From Rhina ancylostomus (Eukaryota), in NCBI GenBank assembly GCA_030265395.1, contig JARFYF010000094.1, positions 97,764,033 to 97,826,015 of the forward strand: a stretch of DNA of 61,983 nucleotides, given 5' to 3'. The notes beneath the pieces are model-generated. The model worked only from the letters and a program-made list of their open reading frames with translations, was not told the origin of the DNA and did not search any database. Each line of letters starts with the position of its first letter. The first letter of the stretch is position 1. Shown here piece by piece: positions 13,098-25,700 of the stretch. The translations under genes were made by a program, and so were the position numbers.

Positions 13098-16000
13098 TAT
13101 ATAAAACACAAACCACTCCAAATCATAGCATTCTCATTGAGCAGATTGATTAATATCTGAACAGAATTCTCTCCTAATAGCCTTAGAGCTTAAATAAAGG
13201 AGAAAGAGCATTTCTTTTCTATAAATTTTTACAAATTTGTAAAAATTTTTATGAGGTAACATAAATATAATAAATGGCATGAAATTAAATGGATTATTTG
13301 GGCACCATGTATGTGCCAAACCAAATCTGAAGTGTCATTCTGCTCTAGAGTCACATTGATTCGAGACTCACAAGGCAACTTTACAACAGTTGCAAAAATC
13401 ATTTTGCAGTTAAACAAATTTGCATCCTTAAATTCTGTTGAGATTAAATTCACATCTTTGGAACACAGTGACTACTGACAAAAAGGATGGAAAAATTCTC
13501 CATATCATCAGAAACAGAGCTGAATTTTCCATTTTAGATGTCATTTTAACGCCAGTGATTTGTACTTTGAATTAAGTGGGTTTTCACTGCCATTACAATA
13601 ACATTGATCAAAATAAAATGTAGGCTGCTATATTTTGTTGTATATGTATTGCTTTACAATTGAAAATGAAATATTGGAGCTGATCTGTAGGAGTGTGATA
13701 ATGGTGAACTAATATCAATAAATATACCTGAACCATTAACCCCTGTGTAATTTAGTTATAATGTCATTTGAACAATGATTTGTTGATATCAGCATCTGCA
13801 TTTTATAAAAGCAGCTGTTTTAAATAAATTTATCAAAAATAAATATATTAATAGCTCTGTTAGAATAAAAAACAAGGTCACTTCATGGCTCCAAAGAAGG
13901 AATTACTGTGTATCTTATCATCAAATGTAAGTGTCATTGCCGAANNNNNNNNNNNNNNNNNNNNNNNNNNNNNNNNNNNNNNNNNNNNNNNNNNNNNNNN
14001 NNNNNNNNNNNNNNNNNNNNNNNNNNNNNNNNNNNNNNNNNNNNNNNNNNNNNNNNNNNNNNNNNNNNNNNNNNNNNNNNNNNNNNNNNNNNNNNNNNNN
14101 NNNNNNNNNNNNNNNNNNNNNNNNNNNNNNNNNNNNNNNNNNNNNNNNNNNNNNNNNNNNNNNNNNNAGGGGTAAAGGGCATTAGCTGATATCAGAAGAA
14201 AATCAGGGGATAGGATCATGGGATCCAAAGATATTCTATCTACTTTTCCATTAATGTTTGTAAAATCAAGCAGAATCCCTAGGAGTATGTTATTCCCCCA
14301 GTGGATATGCTCTGTGTATCCAGGTGATCGAATAAACGTCAGTGCATGAACAGGAAAAGTCTATCTGTAATTCTTCATCTTGGAGAATATGGCAGAAACT
14401 GGTGTACCTATTTTTCTTGACTTATTTTGTATTAGTGCCACAGAATCAAGATGGAATAATGATCCTGGGTTCTGGGTCCCCTTTGATGTTGCACAAACAA
14501 GCCATGTTTGAACTTAGACCATGAGTACAAGAATGTGCCATGACAGTGGAAGCTGCAGTGCTAGAGTGGTCTTCCCCACAGAGCCTCCAAGTGCAAACAA
14601 CAGAATGTGTTGTAAAGTTATGGGGGTTCAATCCTGCTTAATTTTTCCCACCCTTATTGTGACACATTGACATCAATTGTAGGATTGCTATTTGCTCTGC
14701 CTATATGATGGATTTCAGAAGATTTCAGTACAGATAAAGAATCAGCAGTGGGGCTGTATGTCTATCTGTTCAGTTCTATTTAATTAATGATTCTGGAATA
14801 CTCATCCAGTACACTGCAGTGTTACCCAAGACCTGCTTTTACTATTATAATCTACTCATGGATTCAGCTGTAAAACTGAAAGGAATTATTGGAGGTCACG
14901 GTATACCAACACAAGGTAACATTCAGTTGCTGAGATCTTCACAAACCAGTAAACTATAAAACATGAACCAATTATAATTGCTATTCATAAATACTCATTG
15001 AAAAGCATGTTACTTTATATATTGAACACCTTCACCTCTTCCACATTATTATATACCTAAATTTGGTTGTGCTAAATTGCTTTGTTGCTTGAACATGTGT
15101 AGCATCAGATGGAACTCTATCAGTTGTTTAATATTAGGTTGGATGCTGCTGAGATAATTTCTAAACAATACATTAATGTTATTCTTTACAATTACATTCT
15201 TAATAATTAATTACTCACAAGATATTGAACAACTGTGGCAAAGCAAATTACTAAATGCACTCAATCAAATGAAAGATTTGATTGGCTGCATCAATGACTT
15301 TGAAACCATATTAAAAATCTCTATGCTAAAAATTACTGCAATCTACAAAAGGAGTTAATGAATTTTCTGTCATGTTTGCTAAAGGAACCAAAGCCCTTCA
15401 ATGGATGAAAATTCTTCATGATGCCTCCTGTTTTATTCCATCTCTTGCCATGTCATAATTGGTAGATTATGATTGTTTTATGGATATGAATTTTTCTAAT
15501 GCATTCAAAGTGGTGTTTGATTTTTTTAATATCACAATTCAAGTGGGTGGGAAAAGTATTACTTCAGCCATCTTTCCAAGCAATATTTGTTGAAGAAAGG
15601 GAATAATGTTAGAATGGCCCAGTACAATTCACTGTTTTTGATTGGCCACTGAGTATATCAGTCCCTGCTACAATCTATGTATGTTGTTTATATTTTGAAA
15701 GCAATATTGGTTGAAAGAACACTCCCCATCCTTCGCTCTGGTTACTTACTAACAACTAGATTATGTAATTATTACTCCTGAAAAGGTTAAACAATATAAT
15801 TAAGATGCTAATCATTCACATTTTTTCCAGTTTTTCATCTTTCTGTCTTTATATTTAATATAAAATCAGTATCTCTATGGTGATACATGTTGTTCCAACT
15901 CGACAAAATTCACCACTTTAAGGAAACAAGACAAATTATTGCATTTTCTAATAATTTAATGATCATTCTCCAAGCATTATAGCAGCAGCATTTTAAATTG

Positions 16001-18199
16001 GCATCTGTTTTTTATATGAAACAAATGATTACTGCATTTAAATATAGGTTACACTTAATCCATTGCAGAAAAATAAACAGACACAAATTATTAGTAGGTT
16101 GACATTTATGGCATCATTATTATTTCATGCTGTCTTACTTATTTCTATATTGACAAGGATAGATATAAAATATATTATGTAGAATAAATATCCATGAGCG
16201 AATGCAAGACAATAATGTCATTACTAAAGACAGCAGCATAAAGTTTGGGAAGAGTATTTGAATTAATTATAAGAAAAGAAACAGTACAATCATAATAAGT
16301 TAATTTTTTAAATGTTTAAAGATTTTTTTCAGGAATGAAAAATAGTCCGGGTATTGCGAGAGGAACTTGACTTTGATTATGATTTATTATTAATCCAGCA
16401 AGAATGTTGCGACAGATAAAACGAAACGGGTTATCCGATGTTACTGAAACCTGGTGATATTATTTATTCTACTAGTAGTGTCAGCTAACCAGTGCAGATT
16501 TATGGAGTAATGGAAAGTTGATTACTATGAAGCAACATATTTAAAGAAATTACAAACTGCATATATCCAATCAAACGTCTACCCAATCAATTCTACCAAA
16601 ATATTACAAATGTTCTCCTATTTATATTCTGCAGTATAAACTCTTTCAGGGAACAACTTTTTTCATGGATGCTAAATTGTAACATACAAAAATGCTTTCA
16701 AAGCAACTGCATGTTTTTTTTTAATTTCCCGAAGATTGTTGAGACTTTTCACATTCCAGAAGCACGTTGGGGAGTAAGATTAAGGGCAAATAGTGTGCAC
16801 TGTTCGCTGCATTCACCAGAACAGAAAAGAGTTCCCCAAGCCAAATGTTTTCAAGGTATACATTACCTTATGGTCAATAACTTTGAATTTAATTGTCAAT
16901 ACGAAAAGTAATTAGAAACGGTGAACCATAGTTTACACGCCCGAAAGAAGGTTTTGCATTTTGCGACATTCTTCACATACCTCTCCTTTTATATCTGGAC
17001 CTTGTTTTCCATTCATTTGCTGCAGGGCACACACCAAAGACCGTGCTAAAAAAAATACAAAAAAAAGTATTCCAACGCTGTAACTCAATTCAACCCACTT
17101 TTATTTTAAGAATTATTATGCCACAAAAGTATTCAAACCCACACTTTCCATTGAAAATTGAATAGGTGAGGAACGTTTTGTTGCTAAAGGCGAACGTTTG
17201 CACAGTTCTCTTGACAACGGCAAAAATTCAAAAGTCTTTCTAGCTTTTTGTTGCTGCCCATATACTTCACAAATCAATTGAATATGACTGAGTGCCAATC
17301 ACCATGGGTTTATTACCCATTCTAACCAGCACAATAGGACCATACTCACAGAGAAAACGGAAGTTTTCTACATTTTGGACGCTGAAGAATGGTTTCAGTG
17401 GTCCAAAGATGCTCAGAATTTCGGGGATGGAATGGAAATCGACATCTCATTACTCAGATTTCCACGAATACAAATAAAATAAAACGTCCAGCAAAGGTAT
17501 TCAAAATGATTATTACATTTATCTAACTAATTATAACACTAAGATTTCAAAACCAATCCCCCATGCTTCTACTTTGATCCAACTCAATGTGAAGAGGGGA
17601 TGTTTAACTAAAACTTTATAAATTATCGAGAGGCCAATTTAAATTACGCTTATCATCTAATATTCTTTAGATTGGTTTGGACTCCAAATCGCACAAAGAA
17701 ACATTCGTATTTTGAGCCAACTGTTTAGCTTCAGTTGCGAGTGTATGCATTAAGCATCAGCTTTAATTTCTTTGTGGAATGTGTAAGCTCTACACGTCCT
17801 ACAATCTGTTCTAATGTTACTGGCAACTTTCTCTTCGTTTTCTTTCGCTTCTCTTTTTCTTTCATTAAATCTTTAAAAGGCTAGAAAACCGAGGCCCCCT
17901 GGTTACAACTGAACAAAAGCTGCTTTTCCTCACTTTTTTTTAAACAATCCGACTTTTGGACGCTGTATTCGTTTTATTTTATTACTAGTTGATAAGTTAT
18001 ATATTAAAGTTCTGAACGCTACATAGGAAAATCACTCTTCTCTGGTTTGAAATACTGAGTCCGTTTGTGTTGCTACTCACTTTTTTGTGCATACTTGTGT
18101 CTTAAACAATCCATCAGACAACAGCTGGGTTGCCGTGTGGTCTTTGCTTATCATTGTCCACTTGTTTTTGTCTCTTTTTAACTAGCTTTTCATTCCTTT

Positions 18200-18870
18200 T
18201 TACTTCGTGTTTACCATTTATTCAATTTGAGTCAACTCCAGCAGCACAAGTGTTTTTGAAGAGCTGCAATTCAAAGCGTCCCGTGTAACCTTTCAAAGTC
18301 ATTTAAGCTTCCCTTAATTTTTCTGTCACCTAAATAAGCCATCAAGGCTTTTAAAAGCTCATGATCCTTGATTGAAATTGGTGTGGGTCCATGCTTGTTT
18401 TTTGTGTCATGATACTGCTACCAACTTTCACAGAGACAACTTGGGACAAAAAGAACCACTGTTTAACAAGATAATTCTTGCCTCCCCTTTTACTTCTGTC
18501 TTTTACTTCCTTTCCTATTGTCCAAGCCCTCCTTTCTTTTGGGGCTTTTATCAACGTGATTCTTTTCTCACCCTTTTTTTTTGCTCAAAATCTATTCTGA
18601 AGCAGGCCATGCCTTTGTGATTGTCAGAAAATGTCTGGAGTGTCATCCCTCCAAAAGGAATGGGGGAAAGGGAGGATTCTGGACCGCAATGTTGCCCATG
18701 CATGCAGAACATCCCAATCTGTTTTTGTGCATTCAGTTGGTAAGGTTCAGCAGGGATCTTCCACTTGGTCTAGTTCAGGACAATGGGAGGCTGGCCAGCT
18801 GCACAGGCACCACAAAGAGTTCAGACTTCTGTGAACCGTGTTTACTTAGGGCTCTCTTTCTGACCTGCAA
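18200..18870. promoter_or_regulatory. Candidate conserved non-coding element(s)/enhancer
   Basis: Non-repetitive, motif-dense block: two TTCAAAG TCF/LEF-like sites, TGAGTCA, Sox-like CCTTTGT and ACAATGG, E-box CAGCTG. Lies in the Zic4 flanking gene desert. Confidence 0.35.
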
Positions 18871-19010
18871 GTAACACTTGTTTCTTATACATACACTTAT
18901 CCAATATCGTTAAAATAAGATATAGTATCCCTTGTCGGACTATCCGATCTGAACCAGAAATATACCATAAACTGTGTCTACAATGGCAACAACCAGATGT
19001 CGGCAACATC

Positions 19011-19037
19011 CTGTCTGTCTGTCTGTCTGTATGTCTG

Positions 19038-19099
<62 letters not shown>
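19011..19099. repeat. Compound microsatellite (TCTG)n(TCTA)n running into an N gap
   Basis: Directly visible. Confidence 0.97.
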
Positions 19100-20849
19100 N
19101 NNNNNNNNNNNNNNNNNNNNNNNNNNNNNNNNNNNNNNNNNNNNNNNNNNNNNNNNNNNNNNNNNNNNNNNNNNNNNNNNNNNNNNNNNNNNNNNNNNNN
19201 NNNNNNNNNNNNNNNNNNNNNNNNNNNNNNNNNNNNNNNNNNNNNNNNNNNNNNNNNNNNNNNNNNNNNNNNNNNNNNNNNNNNNNNNNNNNNNNNNNNN
19301 NNNNNNNNNNNNNNNNNNNNNNNNNNNNNNNNNNNNNNNNNNNNNNNNNNNNNNNNNNNNNNNNNNNNNNNNNNNNNNNNNNNNNNNNNNNNNNNNNNNN
19401 NNNNNNNNNNNNNNNNNNNNNAGTGTTTATTGATCTAAGCGCCGAGCAAAAGTCAGAGATATTCAAAAAGCAAATTATAAATCATCATGTAAAGAACGGA
19501 AATGTGTATTTATGAATCTTTTTAAAAAGAATGTATCTATATCTGTACAGATTTGATTTAAAATTAATATCCCAACTCTTTTATCATTTGTCTCTCCTTG
19601 CCTAGCAAAGAGGTTCTACGCCATTAAATCGATGATGGCATTATTTACAGCGCATTTTTACTGTCCATTTTGAAATATCATTCGAGTATTTTATCGTCCT
19701 TTTGAATGTTATGAAACTTATCATTACTTGATTTTGCCAAAGCTTTAAGTGCGGATGATACCACACAGGCTGGAGTCACTTTTGGTATTTCTCCGTGCAC
19801 TTTGAACGGTTCTATTTGATAATTGATTCTGATTTGCTTTCCTCAATCCTTCAAAACTTTGATATTGTGGACATCATCCTGCCTGTAAGTTGTTGAAAAT
19901 CTGAACATAGCCGAACAATATGCATTAGTCTTTCTTTTTATTTCAGGATTGTTAATAGCAGAAAACCTTTACTATATCATATGAACTTAATTCAGACTGT
20001 ACTAGAATGTTAAAAGAATCTATTCATTGATCATGGTGTTCCAGATATACCAACTTCTCATAATATACTGCAATTCTTTTTGATTCATTTTCATAACATT
20101 TTAAAATGCATTTTAAGTGGTCACTGGGAAAAGGTATCAGCACTGACCCATTCTTTGGTTTGGTTTGGTCCTTGATTTTTGTAAAGAATGCAGCTCTCAT
20201 TAATAAATGCTAAATGTAGATACCGCAAGATGTACTACCAAGTGTTTGCCCTGTATGCTCTTGTGTTTTTTTACAACTGTTAGGGATAAGAATGTTACTT
20301 ACTCTTTTAAGTTACAGTTCAGTTTATATATTCTCTAATTGTAGTGGTATCTGGGAATGTGTCGTTGTGTTTGTTTTTTCCCTTCTTTGTCATTAATATG
20401 CATTTGCAGAACAAAGTAGTAATAATGCACGGACTCTAACACTGTTATTTGAATGTCATGCATGCACATTGGCCAGACTGATGCGATGTTTATGCCTTCA
20501 TCAGCACCTGCTGAAGTGTTGGTTTTGACTGATTTGGGGGGTGAAGTTTCGACAGCACTTCCCTTGAAATTGGGATTCAGACTTGAAATGAAGCCAAGCA
20601 CTTTGGAGTCCACCTCGTACATCTTTGATTCAGAGCCGCATCTAACTCCCAGGAGCGTTCTCTTTGATCTCTTTGATTTTTCACCAGATCTGTTATGCAG
20701 TNNNNNNNNNNNNNNNNNNNNNNNACATCTTCTTTCCTTTTGCGATATTGATGTTTTCTTCTTCGTAGGGGTTATGATATGGTGAATCAGATTTAGAAAA
20801 GCTCGGACAATGCCGGTATTCATGGTCTGCTTTTTTTTTGTAACCCCCG

Positions 20850-21368
20850 AAATGAATCAAAATACTGTTTATTCTGTTGCTCTTTACTCTAGTCAGTTCA
20901 GCTGCCTTTCAACATTTTAAACTCTTTGTAACACCAGCAGGTTGCGTTGCCATGACAATCTACTGTATGGTGAGCCCGAAAGACAATGACTTTCAAGAGC
21001 CTGAAAAGTGAGTTTTCGCTTTCCACGCAGCCACTTCCGATGGAGGAAGGCTTCTCTCGCGGCTTCTCTGAGAAATCGTCAGCTTGTCATTCTAACAATG
21101 TACATCTTCGGTCGCCAACTTTTTTTTTCTTCCTTTTGATCTGCGATGCTAAAAAGGGGAAAGCAGTCAATGAAAAATAACCAAGGCGCTAACAAGACTG
21201 CCCACCCCCCCAACCCCCGCCAACTCTCCTTCCCTTTTATCCTGAAGAAATATTTAATGCCACAGGCTCACTGAAGCTCCTTCAGTGAAATAACTTACCA
21301 AAACTTTCTGTCAGATTATTATCAAAACTTCTACCTGGAGTTTGCGATTGCTTATAGAAATCACTGCA
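20850..21368 (-). ncRNA. Candidate 3' end of an unannotated spliced transcript: exon 21368-21299, intron 21298-21149, terminal exon 21148 to about 20850
   Basis: Acceptor ctcatttgcttttcgccag|, donor TG|GTAAGT, acceptor ttgactgctttcccctttttag|, AATAAA at 20873-20868. Motif-only evidence. Confidence 0.4.
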
Positions 21369-22054
21369 CTGGCGAAAAGCAAATGAGAATACAATGGTAA
21401 TGTGTTTTTTTTGCATTTATGACATAGAACGAGTGATGGTTTCTGAGGCAGATTTCCCAGATATTGCTTCCACCCAACTGGACACCATCAAAGCCCACAG
21501 TACAATATTTGAGTTAGATGTTGATCTTTCACCCCTGGCGCCCTGTTCCCTCCCACCACCTCTAACTAAGCACGAAGGATGCCAAAATAAACACGACTGG
21601 TCGTTTTATTGCCTCCAGTGCTCTCTTAAACTTGACTTTTGATGCAACCCACCATGGAACTCCTTACAAATGCATCTTTAAAAAAATAAAAGCAGCGGGC
21701 TCGTGCTTCGTCTGCAACACCCTGCTTTGCATTATCGATTAACAGGTTCTTAACATTGTTTATCGCCCGAGGTCAGAGAACACAAAATAAAAGGGGATGG
21801 GGTGGGTTGGAGGGGGAGGCGGGAGGGAGATCATTGATAAAGTTATTGCAATTCCTCGAGGCGCTCTTTCTCCCCCTGTTGCTGGATGCCCCGGTGACAA
21901 GGAGCAGCCTCCGGATCTAGAGTAAAAAAAACTAATCGGCTCTCTGTGCACATGTGCTACCTGACATGCTGCAATGGCGTCTGCAGCTCGGTACAAAATG
22001 AAAAGAACCCTTTCATGTAACGGAATCTAATAAATCTTAACATTTCCTCACTAA

Positions 22055-22125
22055 CTTATTGGACGTACGTCAACCCTACCCCCACCGCCCATATAAAGAG
22101 GTCACCACAGACACGCATCATGCTA
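22055..22125 (+). promoter_or_regulatory. Core-promoter-like cluster (inverted CCAAT, CRE half site, GC box, TATA)
   Basis: ATTGG 22058-22062, ACGTCA 22067-22072, CCGCCC 22085-22090, TATAAAG 22092-22098. Confidence 0.35.
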
Positions 22126-22179
22126 GAATCTCTTTTTAAAAGTTCCAATCAATTATTGAAGTCAATTCAATCTTGATCC

Positions 22180-22790
22180 AAATCACTTGAAGTTTTGTTG
22201 GCGAGTGACCTTATTGGGGTCAAGTGTGTCAGTGATTTTTAAAGCGAATATTAATCTTTTCAGGACTGTGAATGCGCTATAAATGGAGTCATGATTCATG
22301 TGTCCTATACATAACTTAGCCGCTTTGTACTCTGTAATGTTTTCTGTGTGCGTGTATACAGAAGGGAAAGTGTGGCAAATTGTTTCATTAAAATAAAACC
22401 CTTTTAGGCTTTGAAGAGATAACACGTTTAAAGGAATTGTGTGATTTTTACTTGATTTTTTTAATAAAGAAAGCTTTGAGCTATCGGAGTTTACGACAGA
22501 AAAATGTTTTACTTTGGTGAAAGTAAATTCCAGCGGTGCAGTATTTAAAAGCTGATTACTTTTGCTGCCTAAATCACCTCTGTCCGTTTTACTTGTGAAG
22601 TTCATATGACATTTGCACAGGTGATGTTTAAATCCCGCGTTGTTGCTGTAATATCTTTACTCCATTGTAGATATATATGGGAGTTATATAATAAATGGCT
22701 TGATTGATTAGAGATAGAGATGTTTTATTGCCAACACATTCCCTGCTCATTTTATGGCAGCCATTTCTGTTAAGTGTATGGTCCTTCACT
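22180..22790. promoter_or_regulatory. Candidate conserved non-coding element(s)
   Basis: Everted nuclear-receptor half sites TGACCT-n5-GGGTCA (22206-22222), CTTTGAA, posterior Hox/Cdx-type TTTTATTG and TTTTATGG. Confidence 0.35.
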
Positions 22791-25700
22791 CATTATCACT
22801 ATCCTCACCACTGCAGACGCTAATCTGTTAACTGCCCATCTCTCAGCTAGAGCCGAACCAGTTATGTGCTCAAGAAGCTCATCAAGAAATCCTAGAGTGT
22901 CATTATTGTAAATATCGCCTTTTCCAGATTAATTAGATCTCATACTGTAGCAAACTTTCTATTCACTTCTGCTAAGTATATAACCCTAGCAAGAGTATAA
23001 AGCAGAATGCAAAAAAAAATCATTTTGCACTAAGCAGAAAGGAGTTATGTCGTTAGAATGGGACATTCCTTAAGTATTTTTGATGTGGCTTTAGGCAACA
23101 GCACTTTACTTGGCTTGTGAAGGGATATCGCAGATTAGAACTGAAGGCTAGATGATCAGTGTACGAAGAGATAATGTTTGCAAAGAGGCGGATGTAAAAT
23201 CTTACCCAGTTTGCTCTAAGCATTCATTGTAAAAACCTCAAAGGTGTTTTCTCCAGACGCCAAAGAATGTATATAACTCGAAAAAGTTCTCAAACGTGTG
23301 GAAAAAGGATGACGTTTGTTTTAGCTGCTCTTTTAACAATTTCAGTTAAGGTGATTGTATTAGGGGTCTAAAGGCGACACGCGGAAAGTAGTATTAAATC
23401 ATTATATTTCCTGCATTAACTGAAAACGAAGCAATCTCATCATTCGTCTTCTTCACCCTTTAGTCTGTTCCAAAAGTTGTAAGAATCAACGCAGAAAAAG
23501 ATGTCCAAAAACTAATCGAAGTGTGACATGTTCAGAAAAGAAAATGTCAGTTAGCCAATTGATCTTACGACTACTCATTGATTTGTTCTATTCCTTACAA
23601 ATATTATGTTTCTGTTATACAAGAAATTCTGCAGATGTTGCAGGTGCAGATGTTTCTGCTACTCATGATTCACAACTATAGTTCAAGACTTTAAAATGAA
23701 CATTCAAATATATCGCACTGAAATTAGAATCGTTTAATACCACCTCATTAAAAATATCTTCTAATCTCAATTGTCGGTGCTTAGCTAGGACACTCTGATT
23801 CCCTGTTAAAGTGGGATGATACAATTAGAAAGGAGAATCCCTAATTTCAACTTTGATGTTAAAAGGTTGATGTTATGCGCTGTAACTGCAATGAAAACAT
23901 AGTATCCATGTGAATCAGGAAAAGTATATGTCAATGTTTTATTGAGTTAAACCAAATATTTGAGGTATACTGGATGATTGGCGCACAAAACGGAAAATAA
24001 TGAATACTAATGATCTGAATCAAGAGTTCAGTAGCAGAGAGTATATGAAAATCCAGTCCACGAAGTCCAATACATGTTAACTAAGATCCCCTCACAGCAA
24101 CACTTGCATTTGGAATAGATATGAGAGAAGAAGTGTGTGAGTGTGAGAGAGAGAAGAGGAAATTGATTGCATAATTGAGATACAAAAAGTTTTTATACTA
24201 TTTTATAGGGAGAGGGACGGTTGGGCTACAGAAAACCCGGTGAACTACTGTTATTTTGCAGATTTACGTGAATGGGAGAAAAAGGTTTTTTTGTGTGTGT
24301 GAAAAACTGACATTTTCTGGGGATAGCAAAAAATCAATGTATGTATCTAGGCAAACGAGCCCTGACTTTCAATGAAAACAAAAACAGGTATTGTTTGAAT
24401 AGCAGATTCACGATTAAATTAGCGAAAGTGGTTGACTATATCTCATAACTAGTTTTTGAAGATATCACAAATATATATCAGCATGAAAGAAAATCCAAAT
24501 CATGCCTCTGGACAGTCGTTAGGGGTAAAGTTTTTCCCAATGTTTGAAAGGAGAAGGGAAACCAGAATAGGTGTTATTTCTGATTTTCTTTTAAGTATTC
24601 TAGTGGATAGATTGAACACAGTGGTAACTGTATGAATCTGCAACTCTTACATTGTTTTTACTTTGTTCCCCCTGCTCTCTGTCAATCATCCATCCAACGA
24701 TTTGCAGCTGTAATTTATTGAAAGTTTGTATGTCTAAATTTACCTTTTTTCTCTGTATTGGCATATTTCTTCTTGCTCAATCCCTCTCCCTTTCTCTTTC
24801 CACTTATTTATTCATCCCTATTGTTATCTAAAACATTCATTTAGTATTGGGCTATGGATAATGGGGTTGTTGAAATCTCTACACCACGCAGCATGGGGGC
24901 ACTCCTGTCAGGACTGATTGTATTTTAGGCAAACAGTTGTGCAAACAAATCAATAAACTAGGGTCAACTTCTATTCGGTACAATTGTTTGCTAGTTCAAC
25001 TCTCTAGTCATCTAGTTAGGGTTCAAGGACCTGGAATACACAGATGCATTGACCTTATCTGGGGGCCATGTTTGCGTGCATTTTGTATGCTTATTTACAT
25101 TCTTCATTAACATGGATACCCCTTTCCCTCCCCCGTCCCAAATTACCCCAACGAAAAAAAAGTTCAGAAAGCACGAGTTGGGAAGTGTTTGGAATTGCAT
25201 CACCTGCACTCCGGAACCTCGACACAATATCGATTTATTTTCGAGGTTTAGACTATACCAGTCAGTAGAATGTTGGAAACATTTTGACGTCCTCTTTAAT
25301 AGTACTGAAGGGGGGTGAGGCACGTTTTCAACTTTAAAGAGAAACTATGATTCTATGTTAAATTACGCATGCTTGTTTATTAATTTGGACTGGAATATTT
25401 AGAGTAAGATCGTGAATTTGGCTGTTGAAATTATACTTTATGGGGTAAAATATTTTGAGTTATGACTAAGTTTGGTTAAATACGAATTAAAATATTTATT
25501 CTTGGCGTGTTTAAGCAGAGTGTTACGTTTAAGTATATTTGGTAAGGAGACCCGCCGTGCCCTGCATTTAAGGCATCCACTAAATCTCCTTTGGAAATTT
25601 TGAATTATTTTTAATCCCGTATTTTCTGTCCTTAACGCGTTTGTTTTAAATAGGTAACTGTACCAATTCTCGCATTGCAAAGCTTGGAAACTAATGTGTT

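Noticed and set aside
20335-20823. 162-aa minus-strand ORF with a reasonable Kozak ATG
   Set aside because: No recognisable domain, frame continuity depends on a 23-N gap, and it lies downstream of the candidate AATAAA at 20873-20868.
21087-21140. Polybasic plus CTLL resembling a CAAX prenylation signal of a small GTPase
   Set aside because: A Glu follows before the stop (CTLLE), the lysines come from an A homopolymer, and no GTPase exons are visible.
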